From the NCBI GenBank assembly GCA_963668355.1, contig OY764265.1, positions 768,001 through 832,000 on the forward strand: DNA of 64,000 nt, written 5' to 3'. Source of the stretch: Bdellovibrionota bacterium (GTDB taxonomy: Bacteria; Bdellovibrionota_G; JALEGL01; DATDPG01). Shown one piece after another: positions 20,531 to 30,479 of this stretch. The position numbers and the translations under genes are program-made. The notes under the pieces were generated by a model. It did not search any database, was not told the origin of the DNA, and saw only the letters and a list, made by a program, of their open reading frames with translations. Numbering within the stretch: the stretch's first letter is position 1; every line of letters begins with the position of its first letter.

Positions 20531-22652
20531 GCTTGGACACCTTCTCTGATCTTGGATGAATCGAAATAAAACCCATTCGCAACAAAGTGTATAAGACGTC
20601 GCGGAGGGGCTGAAAACCATCCGAAGATTCCGCCAATAACTCAGCACCTGAAATCAATTCTCCGTTTCGAGCATGAAGCAAGTTGGCCAAAGAAGACGGA
20701 ACCCTTAAAAAACGAAACGTATTTAAGTCCACAATCCCGGACGTGGAAGAGCCAACATCGCTTGGGTTGATTTGAACATCGCACTCTACCCTAACATCCC
20801 AATCCCTCAGGGATTCTTCACTGACAAAGGCTTCCATTCCCTTCATTCGAATTTCAAACTCATTTAACGGAGCATCCAACACCTCATCTTGGCCCATCTC
20901 TCGATAGTTTGACACGTACAGCAAATGAGCTGCCCAACAACATTCCGGCGGAAAGATCTTATTAATCACTTTAAAACTGGAACCCAAAAGGGAATGATAA
21001 CGAGCAATGGTTTTTTCTTCTTCCTCGGTTGGAAAACGAACATCCTTGAGTTTAAAGGAGAGTTTGTCCATCAGATCCCCGGACTCTTTCCAGAAACTCT
21101 CCAAAAAAGGGTTGGTTCCTCTGGCCAAAGGAGCTGCCTCAGGGAAGCTAAAATCATACAGGTGAATATAGTCACCCACTTTCGCATATTCCCACACCGT
21201 AGAAAGAGACTCGATGAGTTCGTCTGGTTGTTCTCCGGGAAAATGATGAATGATGTTGAGATGTGTCGAAATCGGAGTGTTCTTCAAATGGCCTAAAAAC
21301 TCCAAAACATCTTCTCTTTGATATCCCTTTTCCATCAGCTTTAGAACATTCGTATTGGCAGACTCCATTCCCACATGGAGCAAAGAAAGTCCCCCCTTGG
21401 CCAAAACGGCAAACTCCTTTTCCTTGAGTTTGCTTTCTACCCTGGAATGACAATACCAGCGCGTCCCGAGATCGTTTTTCTGGACCTTTTCTGCGATTTC
21501 GAGCGCAAATTTGGGAACCATTAATTCATCTACAAAGAACAAGGTTCGCGATCCGTATTTCGTTTTGTAGGTCTCAATGTCTTCAATCACTTTTCGCGTA
21601 GACCGAACCCGAAACTTTCCAAAGTAATTCTCATGATGATTGCAAAACTCGCATAAATCATAGGAGCAGCCCCTTGAACCGTAGGTCGGCAACACAGGCT
21701 CAGGGGTCCAGTAGCGATCTAAAGAAAAGTCCGAAAAGTCCGGCGTTGGTAAGGCATTCAAGTCTTGAATCTTTTTGGCCTCATTTTGGACAATTCCACC
21801 CACATTTGGAAAATAGAGATTGGGAACACTTGATAGGTCTTGGTCCCCCGCAAGGGCCTTCACTAGACCCAAAAGCGCCTCCTCCCCCTCAAAAGCTGCC
21901 CCATAGTCCACATAGTCATACATCCTTGGAGATTCCAAAAGCGTCTTTCGACGCGTAGTGACGAAGGATCCTCCGATGACAATCTTTTTCGCAACTCCTG
22001 ACTTTTTAAAAAACTTGGCCAACATGAGGGAAGGCAAAAGCTGTTGAGGGTTTGGACAAGAAAGAGCCAAAAGATCGTATGTTCGTTGCAAAGGGGCCGC
22101 TTGGCAGGTCTCGAGAAAACGATCGATCTGTAGAAAGGCCCCCTCGGTTTCGACCAACTCCAGAATTTTTGCAAAGGTATCCGTCTGCTCCACTTCCATT
22201 TTGGGACCAATTGAAAATCCGTTGAAGTTAAACTCATACTTGGCCAAATCGTCATTCATGGAGTAGCAATTCAAAAGATTTTGAATGAGATGGACGGCTT
22301 TTCCGAAGAGATCCACATTGAAGTACATTTTGGGATCGTGAAATATTTGCAGGGCTTCTCCAACCCAACTTCTCCAGTGGGGAAGAAGAAACAAGACATC
22401 CCCAACAAAAGGTTTTGCCTTCGGAACGACATTCCCGGCTCGCAAGGAATCTTCCTGCCGCTTTAAACTTTCGGGGCTCAATAGGAATTCCAGAAAATCC
22501 AAATTTGCATCCCAGACCGAGACGTCTTGCACGCCGTGTTGACGTAAATAGCCAACCAATACCGGAATTCCCAAACTGGGCATATCCACATAAGAACCAG
22601 GTGGATGAACAAAGAGAACGCTCGGGGATGATGCTTTGGACTTTCGAGACAT
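20523..22652 (-). CDS. Cobalamin-binding radical SAM protein (class B methyltransferase-like) with putative C-terminal RRE
   Basis: FVHPP..MPSLG..L B12 domain, IGG, EGE, SRGCSYDLCEFC, FVDE, GMES; C-terminal three strands plus helices ending LLRMGFI. Confidence 0.88.
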   Translation of the reverse strand: MSRKSKASSPSVLFVHPPGSYVDMPSLGIPVLVGYLRQHGVQDVSVWDANLDFLEFLLSPESLKRQEDSLRAGNVVPKAKPFVGDVLFLLPHWRSWVGEALQIFHDPKMYFNVDLFGKAVHLIQNLLNCYSMNDDLAKYEFNFNGFSIGPKMEVEQTDTFAKILELVETEGAFLQIDRFLETCQAAPLQRTYDLLALSCPNPQQLLPSLMLAKFFKKSGVAKKIVIGGSFVTTRRKTLLESPRMYDYVDYGAAFEGEEALLGLVKALAGDQDLSSVPNLYFPNVGGIVQNEAKKIQDLNALPTPDFSDFSLDRYWTPEPVLPTYGSRGCSYDLCEFCNHHENYFGKFRVRSTRKVIEDIETYKTKYGSRTLFFVDELMVPKFALEIAEKVQKNDLGTRWYCHSRVESKLKEKEFAVLAKGGLSLLHVGMESANTNVLKLMEKGYQREDVLEFLGHLKNTPISTHLNIIHHFPGEQPDELIESLSTVWEYAKVGDYIHLYDFSFPEAAPLARGTNPFLESFWKESGDLMDKLSFKLKDVRFPTEEEEKTIARYHSLLGSSFKVINKIFPPECCWAAHLLYVSNYREMGQDEVLDAPLNEFEIRMKGMEAFVSEESLRDWDVRVECDVQINPSDVGSSTSGIVDLNTFRFLRVPSSLANLLHARNGELISGAELLAESSDGFQPLRDVLYTLLRMGFISIHPRSEKVSKHE

Positions 22653-22680
22653 GGTGGTTTTCCTCAAGAAGAGCGTAACT

Positions 22681-22686
22681 ATTATA
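22681..22686 (-). promoter_or_regulatory. Candidate -10 box for the radical SAM operon
   Basis: TATAAT on the minus strand about 30 nt upstream of ATG 22652; no clear -35. Confidence 0.4.
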
Positions 22687-22778
22687 GCGGGTTCCTATGG
22701 CTGCGACTAGACCCGTTGCGCCAATTTAAAAAAGATTCTTTGTAGAGTCTTTTCAAAGCATTGAGCTTTTTCCCTTGA

Positions 22779-23036
22779 TCATTTACGAAGCAGAGAACGC
22801 TTGACCTTCTTTTTACGTTTTTTCGGAGTAAACTTTAGTTCCACCTGAACCCCTGCGTCGGTGGTAGGCCAGTTACACAGAACCGATTCCAGACCTCCAG
22901 GCCCCGCACCCTTCCCATTCGCTTTCTGACCAAAGCACACATTCAATTGGTCTCCAGATTTACGAATTTGCCGCACTTTATATCCACGGCTCTCGTAGCG
23001 ATTTCGCAAAATTTGTTTGGCCTCGTCAATCTTCAT
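22779..23036 (-). CDS. Small basic hypothetical protein (85 aa)
   Basis: Fills the intergenic gap; Gly-rich centre with 2 Cys and a Lys/Arg tail; no SD. Confidence 0.55.
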   Translation of the reverse strand: MKIDEAKQILRNRYESRGYKVRQIRKSGDQLNVCFGQKANGKGAGPGGLESVLCNWPTTDAGVQVELKFTPKKRKKKVKRSLLRK

Positions 23037-23157
23037 AGGAAAGGGGCGCGATGATAATCATCTTTTTTCATCTGTCTAGGACTCGGCTTGCGAGAGGTTT
23101 GATTTCTGCCTCCAGGCAGGCATAATTTCGTCTTCAAGAAAGGATCGGTGAAACACA

Positions 23158-24618
23158 ATGCGAACTTCCTCAATTCTAACCTTTAGCTTTTTGGCCCTTT
23201 TGATTTCGTGCGGCGGCAACAGCTTGAAGGTGGACCCCATATCCACAACCGAGAACCCCCATGAACAAATTGAAATGCTGGAGACCAGCATCAGCAAGGC
23301 AAGATTGGAAAAAGTAGATGTGCTTTCCCCAACCTGGCTTTCAAAGGCAGAACGATCCCTTTCATATGCCAAGCGCCTTCAGGATCGAGGAAGATCTCTT
23401 TCTGACATGCTGAAATATGTCGCCAAAGGAAAAGCGCAGCTTAGAAACGCGAACGCCGCAGCCAAGGTTGCCCGAACGGCCTTGGCGAAATCCATCCAGG
23501 CCCGAGAAGATGCTCGAAACGCTGGAGCCACTTCATATGTGGAAGAGTACAAAGATGTCGAAGAAGATTTTTTGGAGCTTACCAAAGCCATTGAACGAAA
23601 CAGCATCTCCCGTGCCAAGAACCGAGAAGATGATGTTGTAAAACGATATCGGGTTCTCGAATTGAGAGGAATCAAAGAAAAGACGTTGGGAAAAGTTCGC
23701 GAGCTGATTCGAGAGGCCAAGGCGGAAGATGCGCAGCGGGTGGCGAAAGTTTCCTTGGCGCTCGCCGAGAAGAAGCTGTCTGAAACGGATGCTTTCATTT
23801 CCAAGCATCGCTATAACAAAGAAGTCATGGTCTCCAAGGCAGACGACGCCTTATTCTTCGCTCAACGATTATTCAATGTGAACCGCCAGATTCATGCCCT
23901 CCAAGATAAATCTCCGGAAGAAATTGTCATTTGGATGGAAAAACTCCTGAGCCAAATTTCGAGAGCCGCTGGAGCACCGGACATGCGGAACCAGAATTTC
24001 AAAACGCAGGTGGAAAACATTTCTGCTTCCATCCAGCAAGGAAAGCAAGACCAGAAATTCTTTAGTGAGAAAACCAAAACACAGGAAAAAGAAATTTCGG
24101 CCCTCAAACGTCGAGTGGCAGCTTTGGAAGGAACCACCCAAGCGGAACGAGCTGCAAAAGCCAAACTTGAAGCAGAGCGAAAATTCCAAGCCCTGTATTC
24201 CGAAGTTCGTAAAATTTTCGATCCAAGAGAAGCCGAAGTTTACAAGGAAGATGATCGTCTACTCATTCGCTTAAAGAAAATGGATTTCCCGGTGGGACAA
24301 TCCGTGATCATGCCAAAGAATTATTCTCTCCTGGGAAAAGTTCAACGAGCCATTTGGACTTTTGGTGAGCCGAAAGTTGTGATCGAAGGTCATAGCGACA
24401 GCACCGGTTCAGAAAGTCTCAACGAACATCTATCTCAAAAACGGGCGGAGGCCGTTCGATCTTATTTGATTGCCAATCGAACACTTCCTCAAAACCTGAT
24501 CATGTCGTTGGGCTATGGATCCAGCAAGCCATTGGCCTCAAACAAGACCAGGCGTGGCCGGGCGATGAATCGTCGAATTGACATCGTCATCAAACCCAAA
24601 GCGGGAAACGTACAATAA
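23158..24618 (+). CDS. OmpA-family lipoprotein with coiled-coil N-terminal region
   Basis: Lipobox LISC; IEGHSDSTG, LSQKRAEAV, GYG, NRRIDI. Confidence 0.9.
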   Translation: MRTSSILTFSFLALLISCGGNSLKVDPISTTENPHEQIEMLETSISKARLEKVDVLSPTWLSKAERSLSYAKRLQDRGRSLSDMLKYVAKGKAQLRNANAAAKVARTALAKSIQAREDARNAGATSYVEEYKDVEEDFLELTKAIERNSISRAKNREDDVVKRYRVLELRGIKEKTLGKVRELIREAKAEDAQRVAKVSLALAEKKLSETDAFISKHRYNKEVMVSKADDALFFAQRLFNVNRQIHALQDKSPEEIVIWMEKLLSQISRAAGAPDMRNQNFKTQVENISASIQQGKQDQKFFSEKTKTQEKEISALKRRVAALEGTTQAERAAKAKLEAERKFQALYSEVRKIFDPREAEVYKEDDRLLIRLKKMDFPVGQSVIMPKNYSLLGKVQRAIWTFGEPKVVIEGHSDSTGSESLNEHLSQKRAEAVRSYLIANRTLPQNLIMSLGYGSSKPLASNKTRRGRAMNRRIDIVIKPKAGNVQ

Positions 24619-24634
24619 TCTAAAATCCGATTCC

Positions 24635-24673
24635 AAAAAAAAAGGCCCGAAGGAGTTCCTTCGGGCCTTTTTT
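24635..24673. terminator. Bidirectional terminator
   Basis: A-run GGCCCGAAGGA / TCCTTCGGGCC T-run between convergent genes. Confidence 0.88.
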
Positions 24674-24690
24674 AATTGATTTGAGACCGC

Positions 24691-25239
24691 TTAATAGGCG
24701 AAAAACTTTACCATTCCGAAAAGGTTAAACACCTTGGCCGTATAATCTGCCGAAACCGTATAACCGTTTACGGTCACACCATTGAAGTAAATGATGGATT
24801 CCGTCAAATCCAATCCCACGGTAATGAAGTCGTTAAGTTTTACGTCAACCCCACCACCAAAATTAAAGCCAGGTCCATGAGCAACTTCCGTGGAACTCAC
24901 CACAGCCGCATCCAATACCGTTGCAGCATACGTGAAACCACCTTTCACGTAAGGGTGAAGAGAAACGACCGGAATCAGACCGTCTAAAAACTGATAAAAA
25001 TCATACATGAGGTCAATGTTTCCTTGCAGCCAATAGGCATCCACTCCCGGAGCGGAGTCTGTGGCTCCAACAATTTGCATGTCCAACCCAAGTCCGCTTG
25101 GATAATGAGATCCAAAGGAAAGTGTGTATCCAAACTGTTCCTCATCCACCATTCCGATACCGGCTCCAATGTAAGCATGACTGATGCTTGGAATAGCCAT
25201 GATGGCGAAGGCCAACAATGCCATTTTAATTCGTTTCAT
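24691..25239 (-). CDS. Outer-membrane beta-barrel protein (OmpA/OmpW-like, 8-stranded)
   Basis: Signal peptide SHA|; PYVKGG, GFNFGGGVD; GGAGG RBS. Confidence 0.75.
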   Translation of the reverse strand: MKRIKMALLAFAIMAIPSISHAYIGAGIGMVDEEQFGYTLSFGSHYPSGLGLDMQIVGATDSAPGVDAYWLQGNIDLMYDFYQFLDGLIPVVSLHPYVKGGFTYAATVLDAAVVSSTEVAHGPGFNFGGGVDVKLNDFITVGLDLTESIIYFNGVTVNGYTVSADYTAKVFNLFGMVKFFAY

Positions 25240-25365
25240 GTGTTCGTCCTCCCACGAGATAAATTGAATTCTATTTCTTGATCAAAACAGATGGAGGAAT
25301 CCTTGGCGAGAACTTTCTTTTATACATCTTCTTCCGCAAATCGTGGTTTATGGTACAAATGATCC

Positions 25366-26388
25366 GTGCCTTCAGTCGGACAAGGTCGAAAAAGTTTGGA
25401 GCAACGAATCGGTATTGTCCTGGGCATCTATTTTCTCATTCTCGGTTCCGGTGTCGTGGGGTATCACCTCATTGAAGGTTGGTCCTGGATTGACTCTCTT
25501 TATATGACCGTCATCACCATTACGACGGTCGGATTTTCAGAAGTCGGCCAATTGGACGGGGCCGGTCGCATTTTCACCATTGCCCTTATCTTTCTTGGTG
25601 TAGGTGGATTCATGTACACCTTTGGAACCATCGCGGACTACCTCATTGCAGGGGAGTTAAGTGGTTTGCTCGGGAGGCGTCGCTTGAAACGAAACTTAGA
25701 ACAAATGAATGGACATTATTTGGTATGTGGCTTTGGGCGCGTTGGCTATCAAGTTGCAAAAGAATTTTCACGGGCCGGCAAAAAGGTCGTCATCGTAGAA
25801 GAAAAAGAAGAAGTCGCCGAACAAGCAGAAAACCAAAACCTCATCGTTTTAAAAGGGAATGCCAACAGCGATGACGTTCTCAAAACCGCAGGTGTGGAAC
25901 GAGCCAAAGGCCTGGTTTGCACACTGGGAACGGACGCAGCAAATTTAATGTTGGTCCTATCCGCCCGCGCCCTGAACCCAAAACTATTCATCGTTGCACG
26001 GGGAAATTACGAAGCCACGGAGGCCAAGCTCAAAATTGCGGGAGCGGATCGAGTCATTTCCCCCTATAGCATTGGTGGACACCGCATGGCCCAAGTCGCC
26101 ATTCGACCCAATGTAGTGGAATTCTTCGACGTCATGATGCACGGAGAAAAACTGGAACTCATGATGGAGGATTTAACCATTTCGGCTCAATCCCTCCTGG
26201 ACGGAAGCACGATTGGAACCTCACGAGTTCGTGAAAAAACCGGTGCCAACATCATTGGACTTCGACGCAAAGGCGTGGAACCCATCATCATGGCTCCCAC
26301 ACCCGACACCACGTTGAATGCTGAAGATGTTTTGGTGGCGCTGGGCACACAGGACCAGCTCAATAGCCTCAAAGAAATGTCGACCTAG
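25366..26388 (+). CDS. Potassium channel protein (2TM + RCK/TrkA-N + TrkA-C)
   Basis: TITTVGF filter, VCGFGRVG NAD-binding motif. Confidence 0.93.
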   Translation: MPSVGQGRKSLEQRIGIVLGIYFLILGSGVVGYHLIEGWSWIDSLYMTVITITTVGFSEVGQLDGAGRIFTIALIFLGVGGFMYTFGTIADYLIAGELSGLLGRRRLKRNLEQMNGHYLVCGFGRVGYQVAKEFSRAGKKVVIVEEKEEVAEQAENQNLIVLKGNANSDDVLKTAGVERAKGLVCTLGTDAANLMLVLSARALNPKLFIVARGNYEATEAKLKIAGADRVISPYSIGGHRMAQVAIRPNVVEFFDVMMHGEKLELMMEDLTISAQSLLDGSTIGTSRVREKTGANIIGLRRKGVEPIIMAPTPDTTLNAEDVLVALGTQDQLNSLKEMST

Positions 26389-26415
26389 CTCGGTTCGAAA
26401 TTCTACCTAAACAAG

Positions 26416-28377
26416 CTAAGCGACTTCTTTTTGCGCCTTCGTGCTTCGAACGAGAAGCCAAATTAAAACAGCGAATGCGAGAAGCGAAACGATCATTCCC
26501 GCTGTGCCTTCAAACGCAAAACCAAAACCTTTCGGCTTGCTTCCCGTAATCAGTGCGGCAATGGCAATTCCAATTCCCATCACGCCCTCACCAGCAATCA
26601 AACCGGAACTGAACAAAACCCCTTGTTCGGTTTGAGATTTTCCGGCTTCCTCGGCCGTATTTTTGCGTCGGACACTCTTCTGAACCAACGAATGAACCAC
26701 CCCTCCGACATACACCGGAGTCATGACGGACAAAGGCAAATACATCCCCACAGCAAAAGCCAATGAGGGCATCCCCAAAAGCTCAATCACCAACGCAAAG
26801 GCCCCGCCGATCAACACCAACCCCCAAGGGAGGTTTGCACTGAGCACGCCATCGATCACTGTCTTGATGAGTGTCGCCTGGGGAGCAGGAAAATCTTCCC
26901 CTCCAAAACCGTATTGACTCCCCAACAAAAACACGACAGCCGCAATGACCCAGGCATTGACCATCGCCCCCATGAGTTCAGCTTTTTGTTGACGGGCTGG
27001 CGTTGCACCAATCAAAAATCCTGTTTTCAAATCCTGAGAAATATCTCCAGCCATTGAAGCCGCAACACAAACCACCGTTCCAATCGTCAGCACGGTGAAT
27101 TTTCCGAATGTGTCCGTCCAGCCCAAGGCATAAAACAACACACTCGTACCCAAAAGCGTCACAATGGCCATGCCGGAAGTCGGATTCGACGTCACCCCCA
27201 CCAAGCCGACGATTCGAGAAGATACCGTGACAAAAAGAAATGCGAAGATCGTGATGCAAAGGGCGGCCACCAATCGAAACAGGAAGGGTGCCCCACCCCC
27301 CAAAGCTCCAGGAACCAAAGCCAATAATAAGAGCACCAAAAAGACCCCCCCAAAGACCACCGTCATGGGAAGGTCACGCTTAATGCGTAGCGTGGCTCCA
27401 ACATCCACATTTCCTCGGGCCATCAGTCCTCTAAAACCCTCTTTCACCGAAGCCAACATCACAGGAAGCGCTTTAATGACCGCGATAATCCCTGCCGTCG
27501 CCACGGCACCGGCTCCAATATAACGAATGTAGCGGCTCCAAATTTCAATCGCACTCATATCGGAAATGAGCTTGAGCGTGGCTCCCTCCGGAAAGAGATC
27601 AGGAAACAAAGGGGAGTGAAGTTGCTCTCCAAACAAGGCCATCAAGGGGATGAGTCCCAACCAAGAAAGAAGACCTCCGGCCACCATGATGGCCGAAATG
27701 CGATACCCCAAGACATAGCCCACGCCCAATAAAGCCGGCGTCGCTTCCAAGCCAAGTACGGCTTTCTTCATCACCGGAAGCTTAAAACTCACTTCTTCCG
27801 GCCATAGTTTTCCCAATCCCAAAAATGCTTTATAGAGTGCCCCGACAATCAACCCCAAAAACACGGGCTTCGCTCGGGTTCCTCCTTCATCGGCCGCCAC
27901 CAAAACAGCCGCTGAGGCTCTGCCCTCAGGGTAAGGAAGCGTGGCATCCTCTTGAACAATCAAAAACGGTCGCAAAGGGATCATGAAGAGAATGCCCAAA
28001 ACACCTCCGCAAAGAGCCAAAAGGGACACCTGAAGAAATCCCTCTCCAAAGGAAGGAGCAATTCCCCACATGAACAACGCCGGAATCGTAAAGATCGTTC
28101 CCGAGGCCAAGGATGAGGAGGCCGATCCCGCCGTCTGTCCGATGTTTACGTCGAGAATCGTTCCTTTGCCGATCAAGGGTTTGAGCACGGCAAAGGCGGC
28201 CACCATAATGACCGCCAATGGAATGGATGTGCTAATGGTCAATCCGACCTTTAAGCCCAGATACGCATTGGCGGAACCCAAAATTGCACCAAACACGATT
28301 CCCAAAAAAAGACCACGCCAAGACCAATCTGAAAGAGACGTATCACTTGGAATATACGGTTTATGTTCGCTCATCAT
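26416..28377 (-). CDS. OPT family oligopeptide transporter
   Basis: NAYLGLKVG, YPEG, SNPTSG, QDLKTG, APQATL, SGLIAGE; start set at MMSEHKPY. Confidence 0.93.
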   Translation of the reverse strand: MMSEHKPYIPSDTSLSDWSWRGLFLGIVFGAILGSANAYLGLKVGLTISTSIPLAVIMVAAFAVLKPLIGKGTILDVNIGQTAGSASSSLASGTIFTIPALFMWGIAPSFGEGFLQVSLLALCGGVLGILFMIPLRPFLIVQEDATLPYPEGRASAAVLVAADEGGTRAKPVFLGLIVGALYKAFLGLGKLWPEEVSFKLPVMKKAVLGLEATPALLGVGYVLGYRISAIMVAGGLLSWLGLIPLMALFGEQLHSPLFPDLFPEGATLKLISDMSAIEIWSRYIRYIGAGAVATAGIIAVIKALPVMLASVKEGFRGLMARGNVDVGATLRIKRDLPMTVVFGGVFLVLLLLALVPGALGGGAPFLFRLVAALCITIFAFLFVTVSSRIVGLVGVTSNPTSGMAIVTLLGTSVLFYALGWTDTFGKFTVLTIGTVVCVAASMAGDISQDLKTGFLIGATPARQQKAELMGAMVNAWVIAAVVFLLGSQYGFGGEDFPAPQATLIKTVIDGVLSANLPWGLVLIGGAFALVIELLGMPSLAFAVGMYLPLSVMTPVYVGGVVHSLVQKSVRRKNTAEEAGKSQTEQGVLFSSGLIAGEGVMGIGIAIAALITGSKPKGFGFAFEGTAGMIVSLLAFAVLIWLLVRSTKAQKEVA

Positions 28378-28479
28378 TTTTTCCAATCTCAATCCAATTT
28401 CAACACATCGTTCCTGCAACCAAAGAGGCTCTATAACATTCCCCACCCATTCATCCAATGAAATGCCCAGACTGACGGG

Positions 28480-28600
28480 GAAGAAGGAAGAGCGCAGGGT
28501 CTGGACAAAAGCGATACCTCGGGGGAGGAACCCTCCCCCCCGACCTTCGGTCGGCTCCCCCCCACACGCTTTTGCTCAGACCCTGCGCTCTTCCTTCTTC
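28480..28600. repeat. Long inverted repeat (34-bp arms, 2 mismatches) with internal hairpins; MITE/REP-like
   Basis: 28480-28513 GAAGAAGGAAGAGCGCAGGGTCTGGACAAAAGCG versus the reverse complement of 28567-28600. Confidence 0.85.
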
Positions 28601-28756
28601 TAAGATATTTAAACTCCAAGCTTCTTCCCAAAAAAGATTGGAAAGCAAAGAAACATTCTCGTGTACTGCACTATGGCAAGGTGTTCGTACTGGTTATCAA
28701 CGGTCTGAGTTTGTTTTGATTGTAAGATCGAGCAGAATCGCTAGGATGCGCTCGTT

Positions 28757-29440
28757 ATGAAATTATTACTCGTAAGCAATTCCGGTCGGCCCTATCTCGA
28801 ACATTGTCGAGAAGACATCGTAGATTTTCTCTCTCCCGCAAAACGGGCTCTATTCATCGGAGCGGCGGCCTTCTTCCCACTCAAAGACTATGTGGCCAAA
28901 GTTCGAGCAGCTCTGGAACCCGTCGGTTTGACCATTGATGCCATGGAATTGGACAAAAATCCCAAAGAACAACTCGCACAGGCAGAAGCCGTACTGGTTG
29001 GGGGAGGAAACACCTACAAACTCTTACGAGACTTAAAAAACGCGAACCTCATTGGCCCACTGCAAGAGCGCGTCAAAAACGGATTGCCTTTCATTGGTTG
29101 GAGCGCCGGATCCAATATCGCAGGACCCACAATTCTCTCGACCAACGATTGGAACGTTGTGGGGCTGTCGGAATTTTCCGCGTTAAGCCTTGTTCCCTTC
29201 AACATCAATCCACACTATTTGGAAGCCGACCCCATGACCGCCACATTTGCAGAAACGCGAGACGATCGAATCGCTGAATATCATTGTGTAAATTCGAATA
29301 CGGTCTTAGGCATTGAAGAACAAACTTCCGTTCTCGTGGAAGATGACTCCTATAAGGTACTTGGCAAGGGACGTGTACGTAGGTTCGAAAAAGGACAAAC
29401 GCCCATCGACTTCAAACCTGGCGACGGCATTCAACTATAG
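28757..29440 (+). CDS. pepE: Dipeptidase E (peptidase S51)
   Basis: VGGGNTY, GWSAGSN, TNDW, FNINPHY, ETRDDRI. Confidence 0.92.
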   Translation: MKLLLVSNSGRPYLEHCREDIVDFLSPAKRALFIGAAAFFPLKDYVAKVRAALEPVGLTIDAMELDKNPKEQLAQAEAVLVGGGNTYKLLRDLKNANLIGPLQERVKNGLPFIGWSAGSNIAGPTILSTNDWNVVGLSEFSALSLVPFNINPHYLEADPMTATFAETRDDRIAEYHCVNSNTVLGIEEQTSVLVEDDSYKVLGKGRVRRFEKGQTPIDFKPGDGIQL

Positions 29441-29608
29441 ACGCATCAAACGCATCACATTCACAATCTGTGTACTAAAGATTTACACCCCACTCTTGTC
29501 CAAAATTTGACGAAAGGGGACCCGGACACGCATAATTCGAACGCGGACTTGCCTCGACAAGCCCACATATTTTTTCACGTGGATGGTTTTAAGACAGGAG
29601 AAATAAGG

Positions 29609-30430
29609 ATGAAATTTAAAGCTTTAATCATTTGTTCGGCTCTGATTCTCCCCGTCGCCTTTTTTGGCTGCGGTGGCGACGACAGCGGCCCTGGTGCCAG
29701 CGAATCTTCTTTGCAAAGTGCTGTAAATGGAAATACCGAACCTGTAGGTGAGTTTACCAGCACAGATCAACTTGGATCAGCTGTAGAAGGGCTGTTTAAC
29801 AGTAACGGTCTTCAGAGTCTGGTTGATGATTCTTTTACAGGCCAAGTACGTGCCGACGTAAATTTGAGAAACGCATTTTCGATCACGCGAAATCAAGCAC
29901 CTTTATCTCCTCTTTTTGAACAATCTGGAAACTATGAAGAGTGCTATTCCATTTCTGACACGCAAATTGTTTGGAATTACGATTGTTTTTCGGAGGCATC
30001 GGGTGAAGACTTTGGCTCAGGCACTCTAACCATTTCCATTTCTGGAAACTTTGACGAACAAACTTATGAATGTGTTGGCGAGTGTTACTCTTCCATTCAA
30101 TATGACAACGTCGTTTTTCCAGATGAAACGACAGCCAATGGCATCATCGCTTTGTGGACAGACGGAACTTACGAAGCTCTCTATATTGAGGGAACTTTTG
30201 GAGATGAGGTCTTTGAAGGCTTTATCGTGGTCGTAAACGCTACTACCGGCGAATTGGTTGGGGTTGTCATCGAGGATGAAGAAGGAAATGTCTTCCTCGT
30301 CAGTGAAATTTCGTGCACACCCGAAAACAACCCGACTCAGTGCACATTCACTGTCACCGACGAAACGGATGACATTCCAGTGACATGCACAGAATCTTCG
30401 GGTCAAATTTCTTGTGAAATTACCGAATAA
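29609..30430 (+). CDS. Acidic Cys-containing lipoprotein, hypothetical
   Basis: Lipobox FFGC-GGDD; AGGAG/AAGGA RBS; terminator follows. Confidence 0.75.
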   Translation: MKFKALIICSALILPVAFFGCGGDDSGPGASESSLQSAVNGNTEPVGEFTSTDQLGSAVEGLFNSNGLQSLVDDSFTGQVRADVNLRNAFSITRNQAPLSPLFEQSGNYEECYSISDTQIVWNYDCFSEASGEDFGSGTLTISISGNFDEQTYECVGECYSSIQYDNVVFPDETTANGIIALWTDGTYEALYIEGTFGDEVFEGFIVVVNATTGELVGVVIEDEEGNVFLVSEISCTPENNPTQCTFTVTDETDDIPVTCTESSGQISCEITE

Positions 30431-30448
30431 CTAAAACCATTAACCAAC

Positions 30449-30479
30449 AAAAAGGCGGGCTGAAAAGCCCGCCTTTTTT
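30449..30479. terminator. Bidirectional terminator
   Basis: AAAAAGGCGGGCT-GAAA-AGCCCGCCTTTTT. Confidence 0.88.
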
